Below are positions 39,153 through 52,477 of a stretch of 64,000 nucleotides of DNA, piece by piece; the first letter of the stretch is position 1, and the number at the start of each line of letters is the position of its first letter. The notes under the pieces are model-generated. The model did no database searches. It saw only the letters and a list, made by a program, of their open reading frames with translations, and was not told the origin of the DNA. A program made the translations under genes and the position numbers. Source of the stretch: Daphnia carinata (lineage: Eukaryota); contig NC_081331.1 of assembly GCF_022539665.2 (NCBI RefSeq), forward strand, positions 9,114,001 through 9,178,000. Direction: 5' to 3'.

Positions 39153-41826
39153 CCCTACTAGCGCTCTGCCGTCACAGGGACATCCTTATGATATCCTTCG
39201 CATCCGAGCTGGATATCCTTTTAGACGTCCGACGGATATCACAGGGATTTCCTAATGTCCCCTCTTAGGGACATCGCAACAAGGATGTCCAATGGATATC
39301 AATCTTCTGACGTCCCTTGTCGGTTCACATATGGATGTCCTCGAAATGTCCATGTACAGACATCCCTGTAACGTCTTTACGAAGCAAAATAAGGATATCG
39401 CGCGTACTTTTATGGACATTAATCGGACTTAGCAAGGACCTTCAAATATTATTAATTAAATGAATAATTAATAAATGTAATGAAAAAATTGTTTATTCAG
39501 TTATTTTTTCGCCGCATTGAAGACATACAATCAATGTTACTCCAGTTTGATGGTAACTGAAAGCAAAGTACAAACAACTACCTGTGAACACTAAATCACG
39601 GTGTCATCCGTCTTCTTAGTTTCATGATTTAATTTAAAATTTAAAAAGCATATAGCATGCAAGCACTGTATAAATTCTGCAGTGTTCCAATGCCTTAAAA
39701 GAAGAGTGGTCTCAGCGTACTAGAATACCTATAAAGAAGGAAAGGATTACTAACTTGTTTACCTTTCAATGAATGAACATATTTCTCCAAACCAGGAGAT
39801 GCAGAAGCAAAGTTGTCAAGACAGAGACCGAGTAATTTTACCCAAGAATGCTGTGCACAGAACTGAACTTGCTGACTAACAAGCAGTGAATCCACAAAAC
39901 TATAAAAAATGAAAAATGAATGTCCATTACCAGACATTATCAACAAATAATTGCACTTGAAATTTTTAATTTACATTTGGCATTTACTTCTCAGACATTA
40001 AAGAATGACTTCAAATATTTAACAATAACAAGGTAATACTATGTACGTAGCAGCGAACTAAAACTAAGCACTTAACGAAAACGAGAGCAGAAAACAGTGG
40101 ACACGGTGTATTGCGGTGCCTCGATAGCAATGTCCCCAATGACTGTTTTCATTGTAGCCTACCCGATGAAAACAGAATATCTTACGACATTGCCTTGATG
40201 AATCAGAAAATATTTTCAGCTAAATAATATAACTTTAATATGAAGTTTCTATGTATAATTGAAGAAGTATTTATCTGTTGATTTTACGTAGTGATGGCAA
40301 CGCAAGGCTAATCACGTCATTTGACAGACAATTTTATGACAGATCAGTAGCATTGCAAGTCCTATATAAGCTTATTAGAATTCTATCATGACTGATTGTC
40401 CTGTAACATTCCGTGTAGAAAAACCGCGTGCTCAATCTTTACCTTGGGTTCGTAAAAAACTGTTTCTAAGAAAACGACAAAGTCGAAGGAGAATCAACAT
40501 CTCCATTGCAAAGTTCAATAGAAGAAACGAGATGAAAAATGATGTCATTAATGAAGACGTAGAACTGAACAGGTTAGTATATTATAGGATGTGTCTGTTG
40601 AATTCCCATTAATGTATCTCTAGTTGCAGTGCTGTTGAGCCACTTCCCGTTGCCACAAATCCATCAATCCTATAAACTTTCTTTGTCCCATAGATGGTAC
40701 AAACACTTAATGTTACTGCACGTTGGCGTAAAACTATTAGTAAATAGTAATACGTGTAAAATTAATGCACCATACGCAGAGAAAATGTTAAAACAATACG
40801 TGATCGCAAGTGCCAAGCTTTATGGTGCCAAGTTTGTAACCTTCAACGTGCACAGCCTCATTCATATCGCAAACGATGCACTAAAACACGGCTGTCTTGA
40901 AGACTAGCGCTTTCCCCTTTGAGAACAAGCTTCAGAAAATAAAAAATTTATCGAGGAAAAGTGGAAGACCTTTGCAACAAATTGTGCGACGCTTAGATGA
41001 GATTAACAGGTCAAATTTGAAAAGAGATCGTTTGCATCCTAGTAACGGATCCCAGTTAATAGGGGTGTATGTCTCAGGTCCATTGTTACCTCATCACCAA
41101 TTTACATCCGTGGAACAGTATAAAAAATTAATTTCAAAAATTCGCTGTTGACGACATCTACTCCTGATAATTGCTTTTTCGTGATAGAAGGGCAATACCA
41201 AATTTTTGTCATAGAAAATTTTGTAAAATGTCATGGGCAAGTCTATGTATTGGGGAAAAGGTATTTGAGCTAAATGATATTTACATATACCCATTTCCGT
41301 TATCGACCATACACGAACATTTGGCATCTCAGTTGTTGCCTGTCTTCGAAGCATTCCGCTTGATTGACGTTTTTTGGAAAGTCGTTCTATACCAACTAAC
41401 ATTTCTAAGAACGGATTCTTCTTTGTATGCCCCCTCTTGAATCACAATGTTTTTTAATTGTATCGTGATTGCCGGCTATGACTGAATAATAAACTGCCTT
41501 AATGATGCATTATAAGCCCCTTTCCATTATTAGTCTCTATATAAGAAAACACACGCCCGGTTTTTGACGTCCTTTGGATGTGGACATTCTTATTTTTCCG
41601 GTACGTCCCCGTTTGGACATCCGCTGTATATCCCATTGTGGGACCACTACCCGAAAGACAATTTCATCTCCTTGTCGGATATCTCTGAGATGTCCAGCTA
41701 AGGATGTTCGAACGACGTACCATTAGTTACGTCCTCAGGATGCCTCAATGGCGTCGAAAGACGACGGACCTAAATCGATATACCGACGTCTCTATGATAT
41801 CCCCAAGACAAAGTGTGTTAGTAGGG
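39153..41826 (+). mobile_element. CACTA/EnSpm-type DNA transposon (deleted derivative) nested in gypsy gag
   Basis: Short TIRs CCCTACTAGCGC / GTGTTAGTAGGG. Dense subterminal GGATGTCC/GGACATCC/GACGTCC repeats at both ends (39175-39430, 41560-41805). Internal transposase fragment. Confidence 0.85.
40690..41440 (+). pseudogene. CACTA/EnSpm-type transposase C-terminal fragment, frameshifted
   Basis: YKHLMLLHVGVKLL...LYGAKFVTFNVHSLIHIANDALKHGCLE/TSAFPFENKLQKIK...PLQQIVRRL matches the NVHxLxH...SAFPFEN motif of animal EnSpm transposases; frameshift near 40900. Confidence 0.85.
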
Positions 41827-42959
41827 TGCCGCCGAATTGATGGAAGGTTTCGAGGCTACCGCCTGGATGGGGTTCCGCAGAGAAAGCGGAATACTTTGGA
41901 TTATTGCTAGAAGACACAGCAAAGGATTGGCTAGCTTGTCAAATAGGACCGGTAGTCTGGGACGGCGTTGCTGCGGACGAAGCCGTGCCTGAGATGGAGG
42001 TCGAACCTGGGATAAGGGGTCTGTGAACGAGATTTTTAGAAACATTTCGATCGAGGGATTTTGAGCGCTGGCAAAAAGCTGGCTGCGTCACCGAAAGCAA
42101 AAGGCTACGGAGGCAGTCGTTGGGTATTTCTACGACGTGCTCAAATCAGTGCCGTAGGTTGAACCATATGATGCCGGAAGCGAAGAAAATAGATGTTGCG
42201 TGGGCTTAATTCGAATTTTTGGAGCACTCTAAGTTTATACTAGAGCATATGAGGATTCGGAGAAATAGAATGGGCAGTTAATTTTATGGGGCAAGCGAAA
42301 GATCCTATTCCAGCCCGGCGAGTCACGTATGCTGACTCCGAGGAAAGGCGAGGCCTGGTAAGACAGAGCTTTCATAATAGCGACGATTACGAAATGTTAG
42401 ATCATACGGCGCTAAACAGCTGCGCCTGGGAGGAGGAAGGGGGAAACCTAAGCCTTCTCGTACAGGGATGGAAGGCCAATCTGCCACAGATGTGAACGGT
42501 CCGGTTATCTTGCCCGTTTTTGTGGGGCCAATTCGGGTAATACAAGTCCAAGATTACTAACTCTTCGACGACAAGAAAGGCACGACGAAAGGAGACCAAA
42601 TGGACGTGAGAACATGAGGCGAGACGAAAACCAAGATGGTGGAAGAAATATTAGTCAGGAACGCTCGCGTTATAACAGGGACGATAGCAGGGAAAATCGT
42701 AGCTGGAGAAATGGATTTAGACCTCCAATGAACCGAGATGAGGATCAAATGGCGGTGGCGTTGATATCACTCGAAGAAAAGGGGAAAACGAATGGCGGGC
42801 ACGAGGAGGCTAAAAATGGAGAAGAAGGAAACGGCTATGGGATGGAATCACTCGGAGAAAAGGGGAAAAGAATCGCATGCTCGAGGAGAATAAAAATAGA
42901 GAAGGAGAAAATGCACCGATCTATTTGACCTACTCTCCGCGGCTCATATTCGAAGAATA

Positions 42960-45900
42960 TGAACCGCGAATAACTGTCAAGGCAGTTATTGATAACGGAG
43001 CCGTAATTTCAGTTGCTTCGCCCAGCTTACCAGATAAGCCAAAAGCACCTTTGGTGGAATGGGATGAACCGGCAATCATCATGGTACACCACCTCTTGAT
43101 GCCATTCATCAGGAAATTGAACATCAGGGTCATAAAGCCAGTGGGAAATTCATTCTCTTAGAAATGAAGGGAATAACTGCTGTTTGGGAACAATTTCCTA
43201 AGCCAGTTTGAGGATCGGTGGTTCAATATGTGAAGACAAGGGCAGTGGCATCCCTAGGCGAATTGCCAGTGAATGCAATCAACGAGCAGACAATCACCCC
43301 GCCGAAGTTGGTAGCAGAGATAGGAAGAATGCTTCCACCGAGAAGCTTCGTTCTAGTGGAAGTAAAGCCTACCGCTCAAGAGAAAAAATATATGGATTGT
43401 AGAATGTTCGGACAATTTAGCACGAGTCAAAGGCATTACTACGGGAAAGGTACTTGTGTCCAGTGATTCCCCACTGAGCCGAGTGTTCGTCACGAATTTA
43501 ACGTACCACAGAGCCTATCTCCGAGAAGGAACCGTTTTGGGGCAAGTGGAAGAAATAGAACCAGCGATTGTGACAATAGACGAAGAAGAGAGAAAGGGAA
43601 TAAAGGACGAGGACGTGGAAAATCTGGCTGTTTTGGCACTCAATCAAGGAAAGTTTACTCCATCCAGCGTCACCACTATTCCTAGGGAGACATTCAGGGC
43701 TAGGATTCCCAAAAACTTATCACCTCCAAAAACAGAGAAATTGATTGACCTGTTGGTAGAATTTCACTCATGTTTCGCGTTGGCCGATAGTTAGCTGAGA
43801 GTTTGTCGTGTGGCAAAGCATCGAATCGACACGGGTGACACGCCACCAGTTCACCAACCTCCGCACAAGAGCGCATGGAAAGAATGATCCATTGTACAGC
43901 GCAGGTCGACGAGATGCTGAAGAATGGTGTCATCGAGCCTTCCACCAGCCCTTGGGCATATCTAGTTGTCTTAGTGAAGAAGAAAGATGAAAATTGGAGG
44001 TTCTGCGTTGATTATGGGAAGCTAAATCTCGTCTCCGTGCAAGATATTTACCTACTACTGCGAATTGAGGAAACTCTAGCCAGGATGGGAAACACCTGTA
44101 TTTTCTCAACAATGGATTTAGAAAGCGGATACTGGCAAGGCCTATGGACGAAACTGATAAAGTCAAGATAGCTTTCATCACGCCGGACAGGCTATACCAA
44201 TTTTTAGTAATGGCGTTTGGCTTAGCATCCGCTCCTGGGGCAGTGAATGATGGACCTTGTACTAGCTGGACTTCTATAGACCATATGCCTCATCTACTTA
44301 AACGACATAATCATCTATGCGTGAAACGCGAGTGAACACCTAGCAAGACGCTGGCAAGTGCTATGTGCATTACACAAAGCGGCAATGAAAATCAAATAGA
44401 TGAATGTCAATTTGCAGCCAAAGAAGTGAAAGCTTTAGAAGAAGTCATTAGCGGAGAAGGCATACGCCCTGACCCAGAAAAACTGAAGGCAATAGAAAAA
44501 TTTCCGTCACCGTGCTAATTGCATAAACCCACTGAACAACTGAAATGTGTTAGAAGTTTTATAGGGCTTTGCTCCTACTACAGGCGGTTTATTGCGCAAT
44601 TCGCACATGTGGCTAAACCTTCAACGGACATGTTCGAACAGGGTGCATGCTTCGTATGTGAAAGATCTCAATAAGAGAGCTTCAAATTGTTGAAACAAGC
44701 GCTAATTAGGGCTGCTACGTTAGCGTGTCCTGGTTTTTCAAAGCCTTTCGAGATCCATCCTGACGCATGTGACTACGGTCTTGGAGCAGTGTTATTACAA
44801 CGGATGGACAACGTGGAAAGACCCCTCGCCTACACAAGTCGTCTCCTGGCGAAAGGTGAAAACAATTATCCCGCACCGAAAAAGAATGGTTTTCGATGGC
44901 CTGGGCAATCAAGAAATTTAGAAGCTACATTTGGGGAATGGAGACCGTGGTTGTGACTAAACATCACGCGCTTTGTTGGCTGTTAAGTAAAAACGATCTG
45001 GCAGGGCCTTTGGCTCGTTGGAGTCTGCAATTACAAGAATTTTTACTAAGAATCGTACAGCGCAACAGAAGACTGCATACAGATGCAGACGCATTATCGC
45101 GTTATCCAGTCAACATGGTAACAGAGACAAATGATGCTCAACCTGCATATTGGCCGCTTTAAGCATCGATCATGATAACAAAGAAGAATTGTATCGCGCC
45201 CAGCAAGAGGAATGGGATCAGGTGTTTGTTGCAATCAACAGCGGAAAACTCCTGAAGCAGTATCGAATTAAAGATCGTTTACGATGGACGACTTTTAAAA
45301 CTGTGTGTACACCAATCGTTCAAAGAAGCGGTTACGCGCTCTTGTCATCATGACCTCACGGCGGGACATCAAGTATTGAGACGCATCAGTGAAAGTTCCA
45401 GCTCGTTACTATTGGTGGATATTGGACGAAGATGTCAGTAAGTTCGTTCGCAGTTGCCGAGAATGTCAATCTCTTAAACGAGCGTACCAGCGACCAGCCG
45501 GTACATCTAAGTAATAAGAGCAGAGTTCCCACTATCAAAAACGGAGAACAAGCACGTTGTCGTGGCAATGGATTATGTGACAAAATGGGCAGAGACGAGA
45601 GCGCTTTCTACCGGTGACGCTAATGAAGTGGCCGATTTTTTAGTAAAAAAGCGTGCTGTTCCGACATGGCGCACCGCGCCAGCTAACCACGGGTAGAGGT
45701 CGCTGTTTTACAGCAGAACTCACTCAACATGTGCTGAAGGCAATGGAGGCTAACCATCGCATGACCACGGCCTATCGTCCGCAACCGAACGGCCTAACGG
45801 AACGGCTTAATCACACGCTGTCGGACATGCTCTCGATGTATGTCAGCTCAGATCATCGGGACTGGGATGAGTCGCTACCGTACGTGATCGTTCGAATACA

Positions 45901-46619
45901 ATCACTACTCGCATACAATAAGCAGCTAAGAGACCACCCGAAAGACACCATTTTACTTGGCGTATGGGAGAGAAGCTGTTCTCCCCATGGACGCTATGTT
46001 AGGCGTGGATCCTAACCCTATGGCGCCGAAGGACAAGGATCCGAGTGGGCAATTAAACGACTCCAACAGGTACGATTGGTAATGCAAGAGCGTACAGCCC
46101 TTATACAACAGGGCCAAAAGGCGCAATACGACAAGAAAAGAAGAGAAGCACCAGTCTACCTGCCTGGAGACGAAGTTCTTGTGTACAAACCTATTCGATA
46201 GTTCGGAAGATCTGAGAAACTTTTGCATCGATGGCATGGTACATACAAAGTAGTACGCCAGACCACCCCAAGCAACTACGAAATAGGCTGAGGACGCTCG
46301 CGCTAGACGAAGATAGTGCATATCGAGCGTAAGAAATCATTCATGGATGTCGTTGTGAATCCACCACCGTCCAAGCCAGACAGCGAGGATGTACCCTCGG
46401 AGCCACCACAATCTAACTTACGTGATGCTTCGCCACCTAAGCCGGAAGAGTCCATGACCCCGGAAACAGACGATTGTCAACAGAGTCAACAAAGTAATGT
46501 ATGCGTAGGGACTCCGCCAGCTGGAGAGGCGGTACCCTGAAACGGAAATGCCATCAGCAATTCCAGATGGAACAGGGTTAAGACAATCAGGTCGAGGAAG
46601 GATACCGAAGAAGCAATTC
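42960..46619 (+). pseudogene. pol: Gypsy pol remnant (protease, RT, RNase H, integrase)
   Basis: Protease AVIDNGAVIS. RT EMLKNGVIEPSTSPWA..VVLVKKKD..WRFCVDY, MDLESGYWQ, AFITPDRLYQF..MAFGL, degenerate CLIYLND. RNase H HPDACDYGLGAVLLQ..RPLAYTSR, ARWSLQLQEF..ADALSR. Integrase FRHGAP..TTAYRPQPNGLTERLN and GPY-like RWHGTYKVV. Confidence 0.93.
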
Positions 46620-47995
46620 ATGCTAGCGCTACCATTTTTCTTCCTGTTTTTGACGCTATACGCGCCAGTGAAGATATCAACAAAAGAAATCGTGGCCTAC
46701 CATGAGGTAATCTTTAAACCAGAAAAAGAAGTAGCCTTCTCAGACTCAAAATGGATAGTAATAGTCTCCGATTTCACCTTCGACACTCTGGAAAAGGTAA
46801 TTAAACAACTGTACTTCATATTGGAAGTGCGAATGGGTACATTAATTTACCGGAACGACGCCATAGAAAACAAATTTAAGGAACACTTTCGGCAGCAGGT
46901 GAATAATCGCACGCAGGTAGAAATGGAAATTTGCGTGAAAGCCATCGACAACTTAATGAGTTGAATGTAGCTGTCGGAATAAAGGATCCTAGGAGAAAAA
47001 GAGCAATAGCTGAAGGTGGAGAAAAAATCCTAAATTGGTTGTTTGGAGTAGCCACTCAAGAAGACCTAGAACATGTGAATGTGAGAGTGAACAAATTATC
47101 CACAGAAAACAAGTCAATTGTACATGCTATAGAAGTTCACGTATCGCTAATTAATGAAACAGTGTGGGAAACTCAGGATGTACCAAAGCCATCGGAGAGT
47201 TGCGGGTCGCTTTTAACCACGTTTAAGCCGAAGCTTGGAAAGTCAGCCAACAAGTTGGAAATTTCCAGCGAGAAATGGAACGACAAGCGTTAGCCACCGA
47301 GAAAATCGATAGTATCTTTCGGCCCGTTCTGAAGTCCATCTCCTCGATAGACGAGTCAGTGGTAAATTTCGCCGTTGGATTAGCGACAATGGCGACAGAA
47401 AGACTCCCAGCTACGCTTTTTCCACCTAAGCAAGTAGAGATATTGTTAAAATAAGTTTAAAACACTTTGCCAACGGGTTGGACGACATAAGTATTGTACA
47501 ACCAAATTGTCAAAGTGGGATGGGCAGCAGACGGCGTATTTGGGGAATCGACGCTGGGGATTCTCAGCCATAATTACTGTCAGGGGCACCATAATTACGA
47601 TATCTTGTCCAAGTAATCGACGAACGTCGAATACGATAATCAAGCGGGAATCATTTGACATTTTCAATTATGGATTTTCAAGTCAACCTCAAGGAAAATA
47701 TCCGCCATTCGTCAAACAATAGAACACTCCCTTCTATTGCCGAATTAGAGGAAGCACGACAAGTGTTACAAGAGGGTAAGGCACTTGATATCACAAATAT
47801 GCCAGCGCGTTATATGACGGCCTGGGACAATGCCACGTTATTATCTCATCGCACTATGACGCAAGCACGGATATCCCTGATGGCACAACACTTACGCTTC
47901 ATAGAAGAAGAAGAGCAAGCAGGAAAAGGTGTAGAACGTCTCGGGACAATCGGTTACTCCTACGAATGGGTCGCCATACTGCTAGCTGTATGTCC
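46620..47995 (+). pseudogene. env: env-like class I fusion glycoprotein (baculovirus F / errantivirus Env-like), frameshifted and internally deleted
   Basis: Signal/hydrophobic segment MLALPFFFLFLTLYAP; furin site RRKR (46991-47002) followed by a fusion-peptide-like AIAEGGEKILNWLFGVATQEDL; heptad repeat; LPATLFPPKQV..LPTGW block; start of a TM segment YEWVAILLAVC cut off by a repeat. Confidence 0.8.
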
Positions 47996-48655
47996 CTGGG
48001 CTACGCCGTGGGCCACGATAATGTCGCCCTCTATGATTTCCTCACCATACCTATATTCCATAAACACATCACCACACTGCCTCTATCCCAAATTCCACTG
48101 TAAACCAACCTCCCTCATTTTCCCCTAATGACACTGAGTGACACGATTAACACGCAGACCACCCCCCTCCCCTTTACCCCTTAAGATGCTCTGGGTAAAA
48201 ACGGATAAGATCCCAACACCCATAATGCTCAAAAGAACTACTCCCCTAGCCACCTTTACGCGAACACACCCCTACACCGCCATGTCATTTTTAACGCTTC
48301 CGCTTGAGTTAAAATCACCCATTCTTCGTGTAACTCCTCCCCCCTCCAACAAATCAGTTACCACCCAAACCCCCTCCCACCGTTTAGGATGTTTAGAATA
48401 AAAATGGATACAAACAGTCGTAAGCGAACGTACGCCACAGTAGCTCCATCGGCCGTTCTCCTCTCCTGTCTTTACAGTCACTTCACCGCTTTCCCGTTCC
48501 GCACCCTCACTCCACAGCAGCATTGCCATGTTCCTTCTGTAACTTCCCCATTGCAACCATTACCCCCAACTACTGTTCTCCACATATAAGCTAGGATGTT
48601 TTATATACGACTACATACAGCCACCTATGGCTAAATACAATATGAGCCCTATATA
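47990..48655. repeat. Dispersed non-coding repeat family, copy 1 (truncates env)
   Basis: Closely similar to 53140-53795 and 52650-52882 (tatcccaaattccactgtaaacc, cacgattaacacgcagacc, gccacagtagctccatcggccgttctcctctcc). Confidence 0.9.
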
Positions 48656-49206
48656 TGGTCACAGCACTTTGTGTATTAACTCGAATAGACTAATACAACA
48701 AGTGGTGACAATCATTAACACGATCTTCGCACTAGAACCAACAAAGGATAAAACAGAAAGAATTTACCCAAGCTTTGGGAAACACAATGAAGACATCTAG
48801 GGAAACCAATGGAACTCAACTAAGATGAGTTTGTAACTATTTGATATCCTTCTGTGAAATACTCCCCTTCCGGCTGACGCATCCGCGTACCCAACTGTAC
48901 TAATTTTAACTTGGGTAACGGCAAGAAGGTCACCCATGTTACCGTGAACTACTAACATCTATAAAACTACAGAAATGAAAACTGGTAAACAATCATTTGA
49001 TCCGTGAAGGCTGGTAAAACTAAATAAAAATCGGGTTGAAACCTTCGACCTGCACAGTTCGTTTTCATTCTTGGGGCGATACCGTTCTCCGAAGTTGTTC
49101 ACGTTTTCAGGTGTTTCACCGAACCACCCGCGTTTTGACGTGGCCGTCGTGCGTTTTGCTAAGATTTCTTTCGCAATCGCGTTGACCGGTACCGTCGTCT
49201 AAACCG

Positions 49207-50950
49207 TTGGATCAGGAGCTCTTCAAAAGCTTTCTTGTCGAAGCTAAAGAAACCGATGCCTGTTTAGGCTTTACGCCATCTGCTGGACAAGTTTGGAAGC
49301 TTGGAGATTTTTATTACAGGTTTGGTTCCTTTTTGCTATTCAGCAGTTCTTTTTTCATTTTCCTTTTATTTTTGCTTTTATCTAGTACATATCACAGGTA
49401 TGAAAAGTATCGCGATTATTATTCGCAACCCTACGCGAGGCTTTTGTGGTGGCTCAAGTCGGGCGAAGATGTTTATCATCCGACTCCACGACGCTACGGC
49501 TTCTTCTCGGATTTTCTACTCTCTTCGATTGAGGCAAAGATGGAAACTCGTCTTGTCTGTCTGAAAGTTCTTTCCGACTCTTGGCTTCACTTGTATTGTA
49601 TTGGGGGCAACATGACAACGTCGTGCCCTCCTTTACACTATGATTGAGCCACAGACAATTAACTGCCACTTGACCAGGGAGATTTCAATGGTAACAGACC
49701 TGTTGGAAAACAATACTACAAATGTAAAAACTACATCTATATCTTCATCTTACCCCAGTTAACGAATTACATGAACTTGCCAAATGTTTTATCGCCTATA
49801 TCTCAACCAAAGAATTGCCGACGAAATTTTTTTCGCTGTTTGAAAATAGTTCTGCATTTAAAGGCAACTCACACGTTTGAGGAGTGCGCTCACAACGTAT
49901 CATGTAGATAATTTTAAGGAGATAGACTTTTGCTTTGCTAAATCGAATTATGCATTATTATACAATGGGACACTTCCCAAACAGTGAAACATGTTTTACC
50001 AAATTCATCTCTAACAGAACGCGAAGATGAGATGGCATTGGGATTTCAAAAATACAAATAGGGTAAGTTATAATAATGCACCATTGCTCCTTAGAGATTG
50101 GAAAATAATTTGTTTTCCAGATAAAAATGGTGCAGCAATCCTGAAACAGAAAAGTAAAAAAGAATCCCAAAGTAAGCGATGCGAACAAATGTTCTGTTGC
50201 ATAATGGAGAAATGGAACAGTAATTATACCTGCCCCAGTGAAGAAGATTTGGAAGAGTTACTCAGAATGTCACTAAGAATACAATGCATCAGTTATTACA
50301 GAGACTAGACCAGTAAAGAAATGTCATCTGAACTTGGGAAGTCTTCCATGTTTGAAACATAATCATGCATTGAATTCAATAATTTAAATTTCTTTTTTTT
50401 TTAGTTTTTCAAGGGCGGGATTCTTGTGGAGGTAATTGCTTTCTGTACGAAGAGTGGAAAATTGATGAAACACGTGCAAAGTACCGTGTTAGATGGCAAA
50501 TCTATTACGGTCATTGAAATTAGTAAGTTGAAAATACCTTAAATATACCAAATATAAATGATAAAAATATTTCGCTTCTTATTAGGGTATATTTTCCAAA
50601 ATGGTTTATGTAGTGTCCGTGCAGCAAAACATCATTGGACGAGTAAACGAAAAATAAAGTAGGGACATGATAGAATGTACCGACTGAGGAATGGATGTTC
50701 CCAGAGTAAACCTACTTTCGCATAAAGCCAACAACTGGTATTTAAATTTGTATTGATAATTTTTTATTATACTAATTTATTTTTTTTCTAGCTTTGATGA
50801 AAGCCGATTTCCGGTTAATTCTATCAAGACATGTTCGCACCAGAAAATCTCCTTAGTCCCAGAAGAATCAGAGAATCCCACACCTGTATTTTTAATGGAT
50901 TTCGTTCCTGTCCGCTCCCTTCCCCTGCGGATCCTACTAAAATTTCTTTT
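49207..50950 (+). pseudogene. Possible decayed intron-containing gene of unknown family
   Basis: Coding-looking blocks separated by short AT-rich GT-AG segments (about 49320-49397, 50063-50120, 50523-50585, 50738-50791), but in-frame stops prevent a clean model; no homolog recognised. Confidence 0.25.
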
Positions 50951-51191
50951 CGGCGTTATTTGCCGTCTCCAAATAAGAGAAGATTCTGAAATGATATATC
51001 ACTATATAGAAGACTGTGTAGAAGAACGTACAAATCTTTAGTAAAAATCCTAAACGAAAACCCCGCAACAAGTAACAAGTTTATATTGATACGCTCAGTT
51101 TTTCACACTAGCCTTTAACTTGTCGATGGACGTTCACTAAAAGTGAGGATGATTGCTCTGCTGACTCCTACGACACACGAGTTAGTCAGTA

Positions 51192-51921
51192 CAGTAGCGG
51201 TCCACAAAGTGGGAGGCCTGCAAAGTGGGAATTCCTGCAAAGTGGGAAGGGGCGGTGCTTGCACGGAAATGAACCCTCAGGGTCTGCCTAACGCCAAAAA
51301 AGCGCGGTAGGTTTGAAACTACGCAATGTTTGAAACAATTCTGATGTTTCATGCCGCCGGAGCTTGTTTAGATAACTTAACAACTATAACAATTTCTGGT
51401 TAAAAAATGTTTCTAGAAATACATGAAATATTTTGGAGAAAATATCCCTATTTTACGAATTTATTCAGTTTGTTTTAGTCGCAGTAGTGGTACAACAGCG
51501 TTTTGTCTGCTTCTTTCGAGAACAGCAACTTACTGTGATTCCACTATTCGTGACTATCCTACAAACTGTTTACTTAAAAGAATTCTTTATATTTTCTTTT
51601 AAAATAATTTAACTTTTATAAATCTGCTACAGAAGTTTAAAATAGCTACTATTCATAATGTATTTCGCATTCAATTATACTAAAGCTTACGTAAAAAATA
51701 AATAATAAAAATTAAAAGCTGTAGCCAATATGTACAATCTACTGAATTGGTTCCGCAACTCATCTTTGGAGATGCGTACATTTGGATAGTCCTCGCTGAG
51801 CCTGGCCGGGTTGCCTAACCTCATCCATGTACTTATATGGGAACCCGCAAAGTGGGACAAACCCGCAAAGTGGGAAGGGTGTACCCTTGCACAGCATGTC
51901 CCACTTTGTGGACCGCTGCTG
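51192..51921. mobile_element. TA-flanked MITE (Tc1/pogo-type)
   Basis: TA|CAGTAGCGGTCCACAAAGTGGGA ... TCCCACTTTGTGGACCGCTGCTG|TA; subterminal GCAAAGTGGGA repeats near both ends. Confidence 0.9.
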
Positions 51922-52341
51922 TAGCAAAAGTCTCCACTGTTGGTGATCAACCAGGCTACACTCTCACACCAAACAGTGTCCACAACCGACTACACTTAAG
52001 GCAAGTACTACACTACATGGAGAAAGTACGCTAAACTACACACAAACTACGTTAAACAATATTCCCAAAGGTAATACAAAACCAAGGTTGAAGACAAAAG
52101 GAACGGCAAGCTAGGTTATAATACTAACAAATAGTCACCTAGGGTTAGCAATTTATACCAGTGTTAAAAGCGATGTTTTACGACTTTCAGCATGCAATCA
52201 TTCACATTATTGGAGTTTAAGTCATCCTCATTGCTGTTATATTAACTAGGAATCTGACCGGTAGATGGCGATAGCAGTAAAACTGAAAGAAAAAGGGCAA
52301 TTTTTTTTTGGGGGGGGAGGGGTTAACGAATTGCCATAAAA

Positions 52342-52476
52342 ATACAATTTCCAGCGAGTAATACAATAAACAGCAAGTTTCGCAACTGGTTATTAATTTT
52401 CATAACGGACCATCAACAGCTGACGGTTCGTTATGAAAATTAATAAAAACGCGAAACTCGCTGTTTAACGAGTACT
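52342..52476. repeat. Palindromic (hairpin) repeat, copy 1
   Basis: taaacagcaagtttcgc..attaattttcataacggaccatca / tgacggttcgttatgaaaattaat..gcgaaactcgctgttta. Confidence 0.9.
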
Positions 52477-52477
52477 T

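Larger units (their letters stand above)
39110..42760 (+). pseudogene. gag: Gypsy gag remnant, split by a DNA transposon
   Basis: Removing 39153-41826 restores VFRGRPDDD-AAELMEGFEATA..GWGSAEKAEYFGLLLEDTAKDWL, a capsid-like motif. Degenerate CCHC knuckle CHRCERSGYLARFC at 42482-42523. Confidence 0.75.
38537..47995 (+). mobile_element. Decayed Ty3/gypsy LTR retroelement with env-like gene; 3' end and 3' LTR missing
   Basis: 5' LTR, PBS, gag with zinc knuckle, PR-RT-RNaseH-IN order, then env-like sequence; many stops and frameshifts. Confidence 0.92.

Noticed and set aside
39500..39960. Possible minus-strand second gene of the CACTA element
   Set aside because: Only short interrupted fragments; no motif identified with confidence.
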